Below, piece after piece: positions 55,230-64,000 of a stretch of DNA of 64,000 nucleotides. The notes below the pieces were generated by a model that saw nothing but the letters and a program-made list of their open reading frames with translations, had not been told where the DNA came from and did no database searches. Each line of letters begins with the position of its first letter. Positions within the stretch are counted from its first letter, which is position 1. The translations under genes and the position numbers were made by a program. Location of the stretch: contig JBGCFM010000062.1 in NCBI GenBank assembly GCA_045106895.1, forward strand, positions 1-64,000. The letters are read 5' to 3'. The DNA is from Polyangiales bacterium. Its GTDB lineage: Bacteria > Myxococcota_A > Polyangia > Polyangiales > Houyiibacteriaceae.

Positions 55230-55676
55230 CTACTGAGGGGGAGCGCCGCCGAGGGCACGGACGTAGGCCACGAGTCCCTGAAGGCTTTCGCCCTGAATCT
55301 GGTCACCAAAGGCGGGCATAGGCGGTCGGCCGATGCGAATCACCTGGGCGATCTCTTCGTTGCTTCGACTCTGTTGCCACTCCGCGCTGCGGAAATCAGG
55401 CATCGCCGACGGTGCTTCGGGTCCATCTCCGGCACCTTGAGCGCCGTGGCAGCTCGCGCAGGAGACCCGATACAGAGCGGCGATAGCACGAGCCCTCGCC
55501 ACCTCAGGAGACTGCGCTTGTGTTCGTGGAGAGCGGTCCGGGTTGACCTGGTTGGCGCGGGGCGCCGAATGTGCGTGGTCGCTCGCGCTCCAGGGGCGGG
55601 TAGGCGCCTCCGGACCGCAGCCGGCGATGAACAACGCCAAAAGCCCAACGCAGGTTCCTATGGCTTGGCTTCGCAC
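55230..55676 (-). CDS. Monoheme c-type cytochrome lipoprotein
   Basis: Lipobox IAGC; CASCH heme motif; distal Met in PPMPAF. Confidence 0.9.
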   Translation of the reverse strand: MRSQAIGTCVGLLALFIAGCGPEAPTRPWSASDHAHSAPRANQVNPDRSPRTQAQSPEVARARAIAALYRVSCASCHGAQGAGDGPEAPSAMPDFRSAEWQQSRSNEEIAQVIRIGRPPMPAFGDQIQGESLQGLVAYVRALGGAPPQ

Positions 55677-55748
55677 GCACCGATCCTGGCCGCCTGGGAC
55701 GGGGGAATCAACCCGAAGGATGCGAAAACACCGTTCGGAGACGACGGG

Positions 55749-56243
55749 CTAGCGCGACGGAGGCGTAGACAAGTTCGTCGCGTCCTCGACGCGCAAGATT
55801 TGCCACTCTACGAGGTCCGTACGCGTCCCAATACTCCGCGTCCCGTCCCAGGAGAAAAGCAACGAGTTGACGGGCACGCGCACGGGAACAAGCCGGCGGG
55901 CGACGTGCTGGACGAGGGCCTCACTGAGCCAGTCGGGTCCACCGCGCGGAATCACAAAGGACTCGATCGCCGCGGGTGCATCGTCGGTCAGCGCGTGCAC
56001 ATGAATCTCCGCGTCCCCGTCCACAGGCACCACCACATGAAGCACCGTCAGCGCCCGGCCGTGGGCTTCGCGTTGCGCGTCACGAACCGCGCTCATCACC
56101 GCATCGCGGTCGACGGAGGGGTCGTGCGATTCAAGCACCAACTCCACGCGAACAAGCAGCTCTTGCTCTTCCTGAGCCGCGGCGCGGCTCGACGTGAAGG
56201 CGCTCGCGATGAGCGTCGCGACGATGAGCGCTTTAGCCCCCAA
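55749..56243 (-). CDS. Hypothetical secreted protein
   Basis: Signal-like ALIVATLIASAFTSSRAAA-Q; TTG 56243 overlaps the moaA end. Confidence 0.55.
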   Translation of the reverse strand: MGAKALIVATLIASAFTSSRAAAQEEQELLVRVELVLESHDPSVDRDAVMSAVRDAQREAHGRALTVLHVVVPVDGDAEIHVHALTDDAPAAIESFVIPRGGPDWLSEALVQHVARRLVPVRVPVNSLLFSWDGTRSIGTRTDLVEWQILRVEDATNLSTPPSR

Positions 56244-57336
56244 TGAGCGACATCCCGACGTTCTCGTGCTCTCGCTCGAGGACGTCATTGAACGCATGCC
56301 CGAGCTTCTTTGCCCCGAGCGCTTGATGTAAAGCCCACCCCACGTCTGCATCGTTTCCTCCCGACCTCAACACATCTCGAAGTGAGACAGCTTTGCGATC
56401 CGCAAGGCACGCACGAATATCACCGCGTGCGTTGATGCGAAGGCGATTGCAATCGTCACAGAAGTTGTGGCTAAAAGGGGAGATAAAACCGACTTTGCCG
56501 CGCGAAGCGTCCACGTAGCGCGCTGGACCGTGCGCCTTTCCCCCCACGCTGCCTTCCGAAGCGCGCAAACCGAGGGCGGCCATGACTTCGCCCGTGCCGA
56601 CGCGGCGCTCCTCGACTTTCTTCCCTTCGCCCAGAGGCATCAGCTCGATAAAGCGCGGCACGGCACCGAGGGACCAGGCGTACTCCACCAGCTTCGCCCA
56701 CTCATCTTCGTTGACCCCACGCATCGGTACGATGTTGAGTTTGACGGTGAGTCCCGCCGCCGCGGCCGCTTCGATCCCGCCACGTACCTTCTTGAGGTCG
56801 CCTCCACGAGTAATACGGGTGAAGCGCTCTTCGTCGAGGGAATCGATGCTGATGTTGATGCTCTCCACGCCCGCTGCTTTGAGGCGAGGAACGTGCCGCT
56901 CAAGCTGACCGGCGTTCGTGGTGAGCGCCAAAGACAGCTGCGGAAAAGCTGATGCGATCTGCTCGACGAGCCGAATGAACCCTCGGCGCACAAAGGGCTC
57001 TCCGCCGGTGAAACGCAATCGCCGGATGCCAAGCACCTCAAAGATGCCAACGAGCCGCTCGACCTCCTCAAAGGTGAGTAGGTCCGCGCGGCGCTCGTGC
57101 TGCTCTTCCCCGCCCGCCGGCATGCAGTACTCGCATCGAAAGTCGCATCGGTCGGTGACGCTTAGACGAAGGTAGGAATAGCGACGGCCCTCTTGGTCGG
57201 CGAGGGACTTGAGGTTGAATCCGGCTGGACGCTCCAGAAACGGGACATACTCCGCCATGCGATCGACCCCAGCGGAGTCATTTTGCAAAAGAGGCAGGTG
57301 TCGAGGTCGACGCACTCTCCGATGATGCACCGCCAA
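56233..57336 (-). CDS. moaA: GTP 3',8-cyclase (radical SAM)
   Basis: YLRLSVTDRCDFRCEYC, FTGGEP, RFIELMP, FCDDCNRLR...C, terminal MSLIGG; start 57258-57336. Confidence 0.96.
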   Translation of the reverse strand: MAVHHRRVRRPRHLPLLQNDSAGVDRMAEYVPFLERPAGFNLKSLADQEGRRYSYLRLSVTDRCDFRCEYCMPAGGEEQHERRADLLTFEEVERLVGIFEVLGIRRLRFTGGEPFVRRGFIRLVEQIASAFPQLSLALTTNAGQLERHVPRLKAAGVESINISIDSLDEERFTRITRGGDLKKVRGGIEAAAAAGLTVKLNIVPMRGVNEDEWAKLVEYAWSLGAVPRFIELMPLGEGKKVEERRVGTGEVMAALGLRASEGSVGGKAHGPARYVDASRGKVGFISPFSHNFCDDCNRLRINARGDIRACLADRKAVSLRDVLRSGGNDADVGWALHQALGAKKLGHAFNDVLEREHENVGMSLIGG

Positions 57337-57506
57337 CGCTCGGCTGCAAGGCCCGCTTCAGAGCCCCCTTATCAAGTGACGGAGTAAACACACAGTGCCA
57401 GCGCAAAAAAAGTCCGCGACAGGATACCGTCCGAAGGAATTTTCAACAGTCACCGGCGTAGGCCATGACATCACGCCGGAAGACCCGGCTATTCAAGGAG
57501 CAAAGA

Positions 57507-57938
57507 ATGAACCCAGGTTCAATGGAAGCAAAAATGGCTTGGGCGTTCGCGCTAGGCGGTGGTGTCCTCGGCGGCGTAGTCAGCATGTTCGCAGGTGGCT
57601 GGATTGGCATCGGCCTTCTGACGGCTGGCGCGTTCCTCGGCACGTTCATGACCAAGGCGGGCAAAGGCGCCGGAATCGGTGCCGGACTTGTCGGCACGGT
57701 GCTGTACGCAATCATCCTCGCCGTAGGCATCATGATGGCCGCGAACTCGGCGGCCGACGAAATGGCCGCTGAAATGGCAGCGAACGGTCAGGGCGGCGGC
57801 GAACTCGCGACGGCCGCTGTGGGCGGACTTGGACTCATCGGCGCCATCCTCGGCTCTGCTGTGATGTTCATCGTCGGCGCCATCGCAGCCATCGGCGGCG
57901 CCATCGCTGGCGCGACGGCCCGACCCAAGACGGCCTAA
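57507..57938 (+). CDS. Small Gly/Ala-rich multi-TM membrane protein
   Basis: AAGGAG RBS 6 nt before ATG 57507; about 4 TM; followed by a terminator. Confidence 0.8.
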   Translation: MNPGSMEAKMAWAFALGGGVLGGVVSMFAGGWIGIGLLTAGAFLGTFMTKAGKGAGIGAGLVGTVLYAIILAVGIMMAANSAADEMAAEMAANGQGGGELATAAVGGLGLIGAILGSAVMFIVGAIAAIGGAIAGATARPKTA

Positions 57939-57957
57939 CTCGATCCCAATCGGAACT

Positions 57958-57992
57958 GAGCCTGGAGCGGCATTCGCTCCAGGCTCTTTTTT
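57958..57992 (+). terminator. Intrinsic terminator
   Basis: GAGCCTGGAGCG-GCATT-CGCTCCAGGCTC followed by T6. Confidence 0.92.
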
Positions 57993-58050
57993 GTTTGGTC
58001 CTCCCCCCCCCAAAACGGTGTGATGCGCTAACCTCTCGCTCAAGAAGCGG

Positions 58051-61000
58051 ATGGCTTTCGACGACAACACGCTGCCCGCCCAGCTGGGCTTATGGCGACG
58101 AGGCACTGCGATCGGTGCCGGCGGGGCAGGCCAGGTGTACCTGGCTGACCACGTCGAGACCGGCGTCGTTGGGGCATTGAAGGTCTCACACGCCAAACTC
58201 GGGGCCGCGGCGCGTCACTGGTTTCGTCGGGAGGCCGCCCTCGCCGCACGCCTCCGGCACCCGTACATCGTGCCGCTTTTGGACAGCGGAGAGTTCGAAG
58301 AGAGGTCTTTCCTGGTCTATGAGCATGCGCCGGGTCCCACGGTGGCAGAGGTCGCTGACCAGCTCGATCTCGAGGGCATCATCTCCGTCGGGCGCCACCT
58401 TCTGGAAGCCCTCACCTACGCCCACGACGCCGGCGTCGTCCACTGCGACATCACGCCATCCAACGTCATCCTGACGCCGGGGACCACGGGCAGAGAAACT
58501 CGGCTCATCGACTTCGGCCTCGCGAGTGCACGGGACGAACGACGGGGGTTGCAGATCACCTCCGCTGTCAGTGGGACGCCGGGGTACATCAGCCCCGAGC
58601 AAGTCCGTGGTCAACGTGTCCTCGGGCCAAGCACAGATCTCTTCGCCGTCGCAGCGCTGCTCTTTCGTTTGCTTTGCGGATACCCACGCTACGCCGGTGC
58701 ACCCACCAACGCTCTGTACCTGAGCGCCCCACTCCCGTTTACAGATAGGTTTGGCCTCGGCGAAGAGTCCCCCTTGGCGCAGGTGGTTCTAAAGTTGCTC
58801 GCGGAGGACCCCGAGCGGCGCTACCCGAGCGCCGCCGCTGCACGAAGCGCGTGGGCGAAAGCTGCAGAGTCCGCCCCCGAAGGCGTTCCGGAGCCGAGCG
58901 CAGAGAGCCCGAAACCGCTCGTCACCGTCAACACGCAGCTCGCAAGCACCGACAGCCGACTTCCGGAGGTAAGGCGCTCGACGCCACCTGTGGCGATCAC
59001 GCAGCGCGCTCTCGTCGCGCGGCGCGATGTCGTCGCAGAGCTCGCACAGCGACTTCACAGCTCGCCGGAGGTGTCGCTTTGCGGTCCGGCTGGCATGGGA
59101 AAATCACAGGTCGCTCGCGAGCTCGCCGCTCGCCTCGAGTCCGAGATGAAAGTGGTCCGGGTCTGTGGCCGGCGTGATGTCGAGAGTCCGCCCCTCGAGT
59201 GCCTCGCGAGCATCGTGTTGGGACTTCTCGGAGCCCCCGATAGAGAACCCCTCTGGCGCTCCGCGGAGAGAATCCACCAGCTCGTCGTCTCCCTTGAGAT
59301 TGAAGATACGGAGAGCGCCGAAGACGCGTTGCTCGGCGGACTCCTGGGCGTGGGTCCCAGCGCCGACGCTCGCAGCGCGGTCATGGCGAGCGTCGAAGTG
59401 CTGCAGCGGATGACGGCAGAACCAACGCTCGTCGTGATCGACGACGCCGACAACGTAGATGCGAGCACCTGGGAGGTCCTTGCGGCGCTCGTCGACTCGC
59501 CGCTTCGAGTCCTTCGGGTGCTCTGCTCGGACTCAAAACGCGGACCGGCGCCGAGTGATACGAGCGAAAGCGTCTACTTCCTTCCGGACTTCCAGAGCCG
59601 CGACGTGCTCTGGCAACTCTTCGGCGGCGAAGGCGTGCCCCCCGAAGGAACCGTCGCCGATCTCCGTGCCCTCGGCGCACTCAAGCTCGACAGCGCTCAG
59701 CCTGGCGCATTCCATGAGCTCCCCGTCGATGTTGCCCACGCACTCCGCGCCGCTCACGCGCTCGGCGCGGACATTCCTGAACGCGGGCTCTACGAGCTGG
59801 GTGCATCCGAAGCCACCGTCCACTCGCTCATGGCGATGGGCGTGCTGGCGAGAGTTGAGCACTCCTGCGCACGACACGAGCGTTGGCTACGCGCGCCGTC
59901 CGCGGTTTTGCGACGCCTGGCCTTGGCCTCGTTGAGCGAGCCACAGCGAGCACAGACGGACCTCCGCCCCCTCGCGGTGCGTTGGCTCTCCCGCTGTTGC
60001 AGGGACGCCCCTAACACCAACCTTCCACGTGTCGCTCGTCTCGCTGAGGGCTGCGGACTCGTCGCGAGCGCGGCGTATGCGTGGTCCGAGGCCGGACAGT
60101 TAGCAGGCCGCGCTCAGCGCCCCACGGCGGCCCGCGATCTTGAGCGAGCTCTTGAACTGAACGCGGAGCTCCTCTCACGAGGCGAGGATGAAGCCATCGA
60201 CCGCCCTCGTGTGTTGGCCCAGCTCTCCGCCGCTCACCTCGCCGCAAACCGACATACGCAAGCCGACGAGCGGGCGGTCGAGGCACTCGAAGGACTCAGC
60301 GATCGCGCCGTTCTTCGAACCAGGCTTCTCCGACTTCGTGCCCAAGCCGCGATGGCTGCGATGGACAATCAGCTCGCCCTGACTCTCCTCCGCCAGGCGG
60401 TAGAGCTGATTGGGAGCGAGGGCGATCCGATGGAAAGCGCCAACGCGCACGCAGTCCTCGGTTGGCTACTGGGTTACCGTATGGGGCGCAATGAAGAGGG
60501 GATCGCCCTTGGCCTCGAAGCGCTTCGAATCGCGTCTCGCATCATGGCCCCAGCTTTTCAGGCCTCGCTCTGCGGACGGCTTGGTGCCAACTATCTCCGT
60601 GCCGGCGATTGGGACGGCCAACTGAACGCGAACCAACGCGATCTCCTGCTCTCCTCAGAAGGGCGCGACATCTACGGCCAGGTTCGAGCGAACATCAACC
60701 TTGGCGTCTGTTTCACCAACCGGGGCGCCCTAGAACTCGCCCGTGAGCACACGGACCGTGCTTATGTGCTTGGTATTCGACATGGCGCGCGGGCCGCGGC
60801 GTCCGTTGCTGCGAACAACATGGCGCTGATCGCGAGCCAGGATGCTCAGCCCGAGGAGGCGATGCTGTGGATCGGCCGAGTGGCCGAGCTCTCTGGTGGC
60901 GAGATCGCCACGGAGACACGGCTCTCTGAAGCGCGAGTGCATATGCTGCGTGGGGACTCGGCGGAGGCTCGCCTCGTCTTGGCCCGCGCCGCGATTCAAG

Positions 61001-61284
61001 CGGACCACGCGGACAAAGAACACCTCGCACGCGTTGGGGCGCTCATCGCGCTGGCGGACGCCAAACCGGAGCAGGCCTACGAGTGGACGGCGCGCGCTCT
61101 CGAAACGCCGGCGTCAGACCCTTACGAGCGTGCCACGACCCAGCTCACCCACTCCGCGTGCCTCCGCGCCGTCGGCAAAAACGACGAAGCGTCCGCCCTG
61201 GAAACCAAAGCGGACGCGTCTCTGAGAGAGCTCGGTGCGGACGTAGCGCTAGAGCGGCGTCGTTGGACGCCGCAGCGCGACTAG
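58051..61284 (+). CDS. Cytoplasmic Ser/Thr kinase + P-loop NTPase (STAND-like) + TPR protein
   Basis: GAGGAG, ALK, HCDITPSN, DFG, GTPGYISPEQ; GPAGMGKS, VVIDDAD; TPR-like ANINLGVCF and AANNMA. Confidence 0.88.
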   Translation: MAFDDNTLPAQLGLWRRGTAIGAGGAGQVYLADHVETGVVGALKVSHAKLGAAARHWFRREAALAARLRHPYIVPLLDSGEFEERSFLVYEHAPGPTVAEVADQLDLEGIISVGRHLLEALTYAHDAGVVHCDITPSNVILTPGTTGRETRLIDFGLASARDERRGLQITSAVSGTPGYISPEQVRGQRVLGPSTDLFAVAALLFRLLCGYPRYAGAPTNALYLSAPLPFTDRFGLGEESPLAQVVLKLLAEDPERRYPSAAAARSAWAKAAESAPEGVPEPSAESPKPLVTVNTQLASTDSRLPEVRRSTPPVAITQRALVARRDVVAELAQRLHSSPEVSLCGPAGMGKSQVARELAARLESEMKVVRVCGRRDVESPPLECLASIVLGLLGAPDREPLWRSAERIHQLVVSLEIEDTESAEDALLGGLLGVGPSADARSAVMASVEVLQRMTAEPTLVVIDDADNVDASTWEVLAALVDSPLRVLRVLCSDSKRGPAPSDTSESVYFLPDFQSRDVLWQLFGGEGVPPEGTVADLRALGALKLDSAQPGAFHELPVDVAHALRAAHALGADIPERGLYELGASEATVHSLMAMGVLARVEHSCARHERWLRAPSAVLRRLALASLSEPQRAQTDLRPLAVRWLSRCCRDAPNTNLPRVARLAEGCGLVASAAYAWSEAGQLAGRAQRPTAARDLERALELNAELLSRGEDEAIDRPRVLAQLSAAHLAANRHTQADERAVEALEGLSDRAVLRTRLLRLRAQAAMAAMDNQLALTLLRQAVELIGSEGDPMESANAHAVLGWLLGYRMGRNEEGIALGLEALRIASRIMAPAFQASLCGRLGANYLRAGDWDGQLNANQRDLLLSSEGRDIYGQVRANINLGVCFTNRGALELAREHTDRAYVLGIRHGARAAASVAANNMALIASQDAQPEEAMLWIGRVAELSGGEIATETRLSEARVHMLRGDSAEARLVLARAAIQADHADKEHLARVGALIALADAKPEQAYEWTARALETPASDPYERATTQLTHSACLRAVGKNDEASALETKADASLRELGADVALERRRWTPQRD

Positions 61285-61296
61285 GTAGGAGACCGA

Positions 61297-61319
61297 CCTG
61301 ACTCCAGGAGCCAGTCAGG
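61297..61319. terminator. Hairpin between convergent genes
   Basis: CCTGACT-N9-AGTCAGG; no U tract. Confidence 0.35.
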
Positions 61320-61321
61320 CC

Positions 61322-61891
61322 CTACTGGCCGCCGATCTCTCGGCCCTTGTTCGATACAAAGCGTAGGTTGGCGAACTCGGTCTGACCTAGCGTGTAGATC
61401 ACTTCCGCCAACGTTCGGAAAGGCGTTCGGCCATCCGCAACGATCATGACGTTGCCTTCAAACACCTGGTCGGGGAACTGCGCCGCGACCTGCTTTTTGA
61501 AATCGCGAATCTCGCCCATGCGCCGAAACAGGTCGGTGATGAGAAAACCGGTTCCGCCGCCCTGCTTTTCGCTGGGGTCGATGGTGCCGTTTCGAAGACC
61601 GAGGATTTCCTCGCCGTCCACGGAGATCGTGTTCCGAGCGATCTGAACGACCACATACTCATCCATCTCCGCAGTGGAGGTGGAGTAAGGAATCTGGAGC
61701 TCTTCGCTCTGAGTGATGGAGGCCGCCGACGAGTTGGCGAACTGCATAACCATGAACACGAGGAGGATCGTCATCATATCCATCATGGGATAGATGTTGA
61801 GACCGTGTGCTCCGTGCTCGTGTTCGTTCTTCTTACGGTTCCGCCGAATCATTCGCTTCAGCGTGGACATCGATGCTTTTTCTTCAGACAT
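61322..61891 (-). CDS. aglS: ExbD/TolR family protein (AglS-like)
   Basis: LNIYPMMDMMTILLVF (conserved TM Asp); VADGRTPF; third gene in a TolQ-TolR-TolR order. Confidence 0.75.
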   Translation of the reverse strand: MSEEKASMSTLKRMIRRNRKKNEHEHGAHGLNIYPMMDMMTILLVFMVMQFANSSAASITQSEELQIPYSTSTAEMDEYVVVQIARNTISVDGEEILGLRNGTIDPSEKQGGGTGFLITDLFRRMGEIRDFKKQVAAQFPDQVFEGNVMIVADGRTPFRTLAEVIYTLGQTEFANLRFVSNKGREIGGQ

Positions 61892-61894
61892 CGT

Positions 61895-62479
61895 CTACCT
61901 CACACCTGCTGAGAGAAGAACTGCTGGAAAGAGCACGTCGGCCCCATCCTCTCGGACCGCATCCATCGCAGAGATGAGGTCCTGATACTCGATGAGCGGG
62001 TCTGCGCTCACCGTGATCTGTCCCTCGCCATCGGCGTTGGTGTAGTTGAGACCCTGCTCGTCCGCGAAAGCCTTCACTCGTTTGACGCACTCGGTGAGTT
62101 CCGCCCAGTTGAAGCTGCCGTTGTTGAGAGGGACCGTGACAACGTCACCCGTGGTGGCGTCGCGGCAACCAGGAAGAAGCTTCCCGGTGGAACCGGTCAC
62201 CGTCAGACCGTTCGGCGTGATGAACACGCTGAGGTTGAGCGACTCCTGCTGCGGAGCGCGTGAACCGACACCCCCACCGGCGTATGTCGGAAGCGATGCT
62301 TCGACCTGCGTATAGAACGCAACCGTGCTCGTGATCATGAGCAGGAACATGATGAGGTTGATGACGATATCGAGGAACGGGATAATGTTCAGCTCGTCAT
62401 CGAGCTCATCAGGCGTGGGCTCATGTACCTTCGAGCGCTTTCGTACGTACGCGCGCTGTGCTGCAGTCAACTCGGCCAT
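61895..62479 (-). CDS. aglQ: ExbD/TolR family protein (AglQ-like)
   Basis: ELNIIPFLDIVINLIMFLL; SADPLIEYQDLISAMDAVR. Confidence 0.75.
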   Translation of the reverse strand: MAELTAAQRAYVRKRSKVHEPTPDELDDELNIIPFLDIVINLIMFLLMITSTVAFYTQVEASLPTYAGGGVGSRAPQQESLNLSVFITPNGLTVTGSTGKLLPGCRDATTGDVVTVPLNNGSFNWAELTECVKRVKAFADEQGLNYTNADGEGQITVSADPLIEYQDLISAMDAVREDGADVLFPAVLLSAGVR

Positions 62480-62499
62480 GGAACGGTACCCGGCTCGCC

Positions 62500-63129
62500 C
62501 TACTTGTTCCGAAGGACGAGAAGGTTCTCAAGACGCTGTGCTGCCTTTTCCATCTCCATCTTGTGCTTCTTGGCCATGCCATTGAGCACAAGGTGAGCGG
62601 ACATACAGACAACAGCGATGAAGAGACCAAGGAAGGTGTTCCACATAGCTTCCGAGATACCTGCAGAGAGAAGCTGTGACTTCTCAGCAGGGTCGAGGCC
62701 CGGAGAACCGACCGACTTGAACGACGCGATGAGACCCTTAATCGTTCCGAGAAGACCGATGAGAGTCGCGAGATTCGCGAGCGTCCAAAGTGAACCGATT
62801 CGTTTCTCGAGAGCCGGTAGCTCGTCCGAGAGTTTCTCGTCCATCGAGGCGATGATCGCCTCTTCGCCGCGGTTCACCTGAGTGAGACCCGCTTTGCAAA
62901 CCTGAAGCAATGGAAGCGGTGCCGCTTCGCAGAGCTTGATCGCTCGGTCAATGTTGCCCGCCTGAACGAGCTTCCGAATCTGCGCCATAAACTCGGTCGT
63001 GTTCACGCGGTACTTCGTCAATATATAGACGGTGCGTTCGCCGATGATGGCGAGCGCCAGCGCGAGCACTCCGATGTTGATGAAGGAGAACGGCCGACCT
63101 TCCCACAGTGCATGCCAGATTTCGTCCAT
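62500..63129 (-). CDS. aglR: MotA/TolQ/ExbB proton channel (AglR-like)
   Basis: NIDRAIKLC, ANLATLIGLLGTIKGLI, GISEAMWNTFLGL; GAGGAG RBS. Confidence 0.8.
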   Translation of the reverse strand: MDEIWHALWEGRPFSFINIGVLALALAIIGERTVYILTKYRVNTTEFMAQIRKLVQAGNIDRAIKLCEAAPLPLLQVCKAGLTQVNRGEEAIIASMDEKLSDELPALEKRIGSLWTLANLATLIGLLGTIKGLIASFKSVGSPGLDPAEKSQLLSAGISEAMWNTFLGLFIAVVCMSAHLVLNGMAKKHKMEMEKAAQRLENLLVLRNK

Positions 63130-63686
63130 CAGCTCAGCTCCTCAAATCACTCAACGCTCAGGCTTCCTGCCTTCACGTTATTTTTCGTCTCGACTCACGA
63201 GCGTCCAACCAATGGGCGCGCCTTCGTCCTAAGACATGTATTCAGTTGGAATCGTTGAGAATCGAGCAAAGACCGAAGTCCTGATTTGCCCGCCGCGGGG
63301 AAGCTAACCTAGCCCGCGAGAACTTGTCAACGGAGAGGATCACGGGACTTGAAGAGGGTTCCTTTAGGAAAGATGATCAAAAAGTTGTCTGGAACTTCTT
63401 GAAGGCGATGGACACCTACGCCGCGAATGGCTGGCATGGATCGGAAGGGAAGCGGATCACGGTTGACTTCAATGACCCACTCTGTATTATCTGCCCTCGT
63501 TTTATCCCTGGATTTCGGGAAACACGTAATGAATATAGCTACTTGTAGCTTTTGCGTGTCTTCCCAGCGAGGGATTTGAGAAGGTTTTTGGCAACGTTCA
63601 AGTTGAACGATCATCCATGAGGGATGTCGTCGCCGTTAGTGAAGGATGGGCCCGTAGTAAAGGGTTCCAGCAGGAGGCAGTGTTCC

Positions 63687-64000
63687 ATGCATGGTTTATC
63701 AGAGGCATTTGAAGAGGGCGGATGGGCCATGTACGTCATCCTCTTCTGGCTCGTACTCGCAATTGGTTTCATCATCGAGCGCACCGTGTACCTCTACAAA
63801 TCGTCGATTAACAAGGATGTCTTCCTTGCGACGATGCAGAAGTGCATCTTGGCCGGCGACATCGGCCGTGCCATCAAGCTTTGCAGCGCCGCAAACGCTC
63901 CCCTCGCGCGAATCGTCAAGGCTGGCCTTATGAAGGTCAACCGTCCCGACGCCGAGGTTCAGTCCGCCATGGACGAGGCTGCTCTTCGTGAGCTTCCACG
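63687..64000 (+). CDS. Second MotA/TolQ/ExbB (AglR-like) paralogue, truncated by window end, absent from the ORF track
   Basis: AGGAGG RBS; manual translation MHGLSEAFEEGGWAMYVILFWLVLAIGFIIERTVYL...GDIGRAIKLC...KAGLMKVNR...AMDEAALRELP. Confidence 0.9.
   Translation, partial: MHGLSEAFEEGGWAMYVILFWLVLAIGFIIERTVYLYKSSINKDVFLATMQKCILAGDIGRAIKLCSAANAPLARIVKAGLMKVNRPDAEVQSAMDEAALRELP

Noticed and set aside
57337..57506. Moco riboswitch upstream of moaA
   Set aside because: No recognisable conserved stems by eye; needs an Infernal search
63324..63614. Short ORFs in the aglR intergenic region, and 63691-63933
   Set aside because: Atypical composition and no motifs; 63691-63933 is an off-frame overlap of the real TolQ at 63687

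Overview
GC-rich, gene-dense bacterial chromosome segment that looks like Myxococcota (probably Polyangia). Support for this is a MYXO-CTERM-type tail, four Hanks Ser/Thr kinases, a TIGR04552-like protein, an aglRQS-like TolQ/TolR/TolR set and acidic lipoproteins. About 50 CDS are present; I found no rRNA, tRNA, CRISPR array, transposase or prophage. Housekeeping genes include a nudC fragment, cysM/cysE, tatD, lon, moaA, and MATE and MFS transporters. The less ordinary content is: (i) an 8-gene, fully translationally coupled MoxR/DUF58/BatA-VWA/VWA/ABC envelope operon with a perfect inverted repeat upstream; (ii) an apparently circularly permuted SpoIVB/S55 protease coupled to a secreted beta-propeller/Fn3-like protein; (iii) a RelA/SpoT-synthetase-like TIGR04552 operon divergent from lon, which is itself coupled to a membrane HExxH peptidase; (iv) a CTAG-bounded palindromic MITE plus a collapsed ends-only relative; (v) several apparent pseudo-enzymes; (vi) two divergent AglR/TolQ paralogues, the second missing from the ORF track. 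All family calls come from motif recognition by eye; no database search was run.
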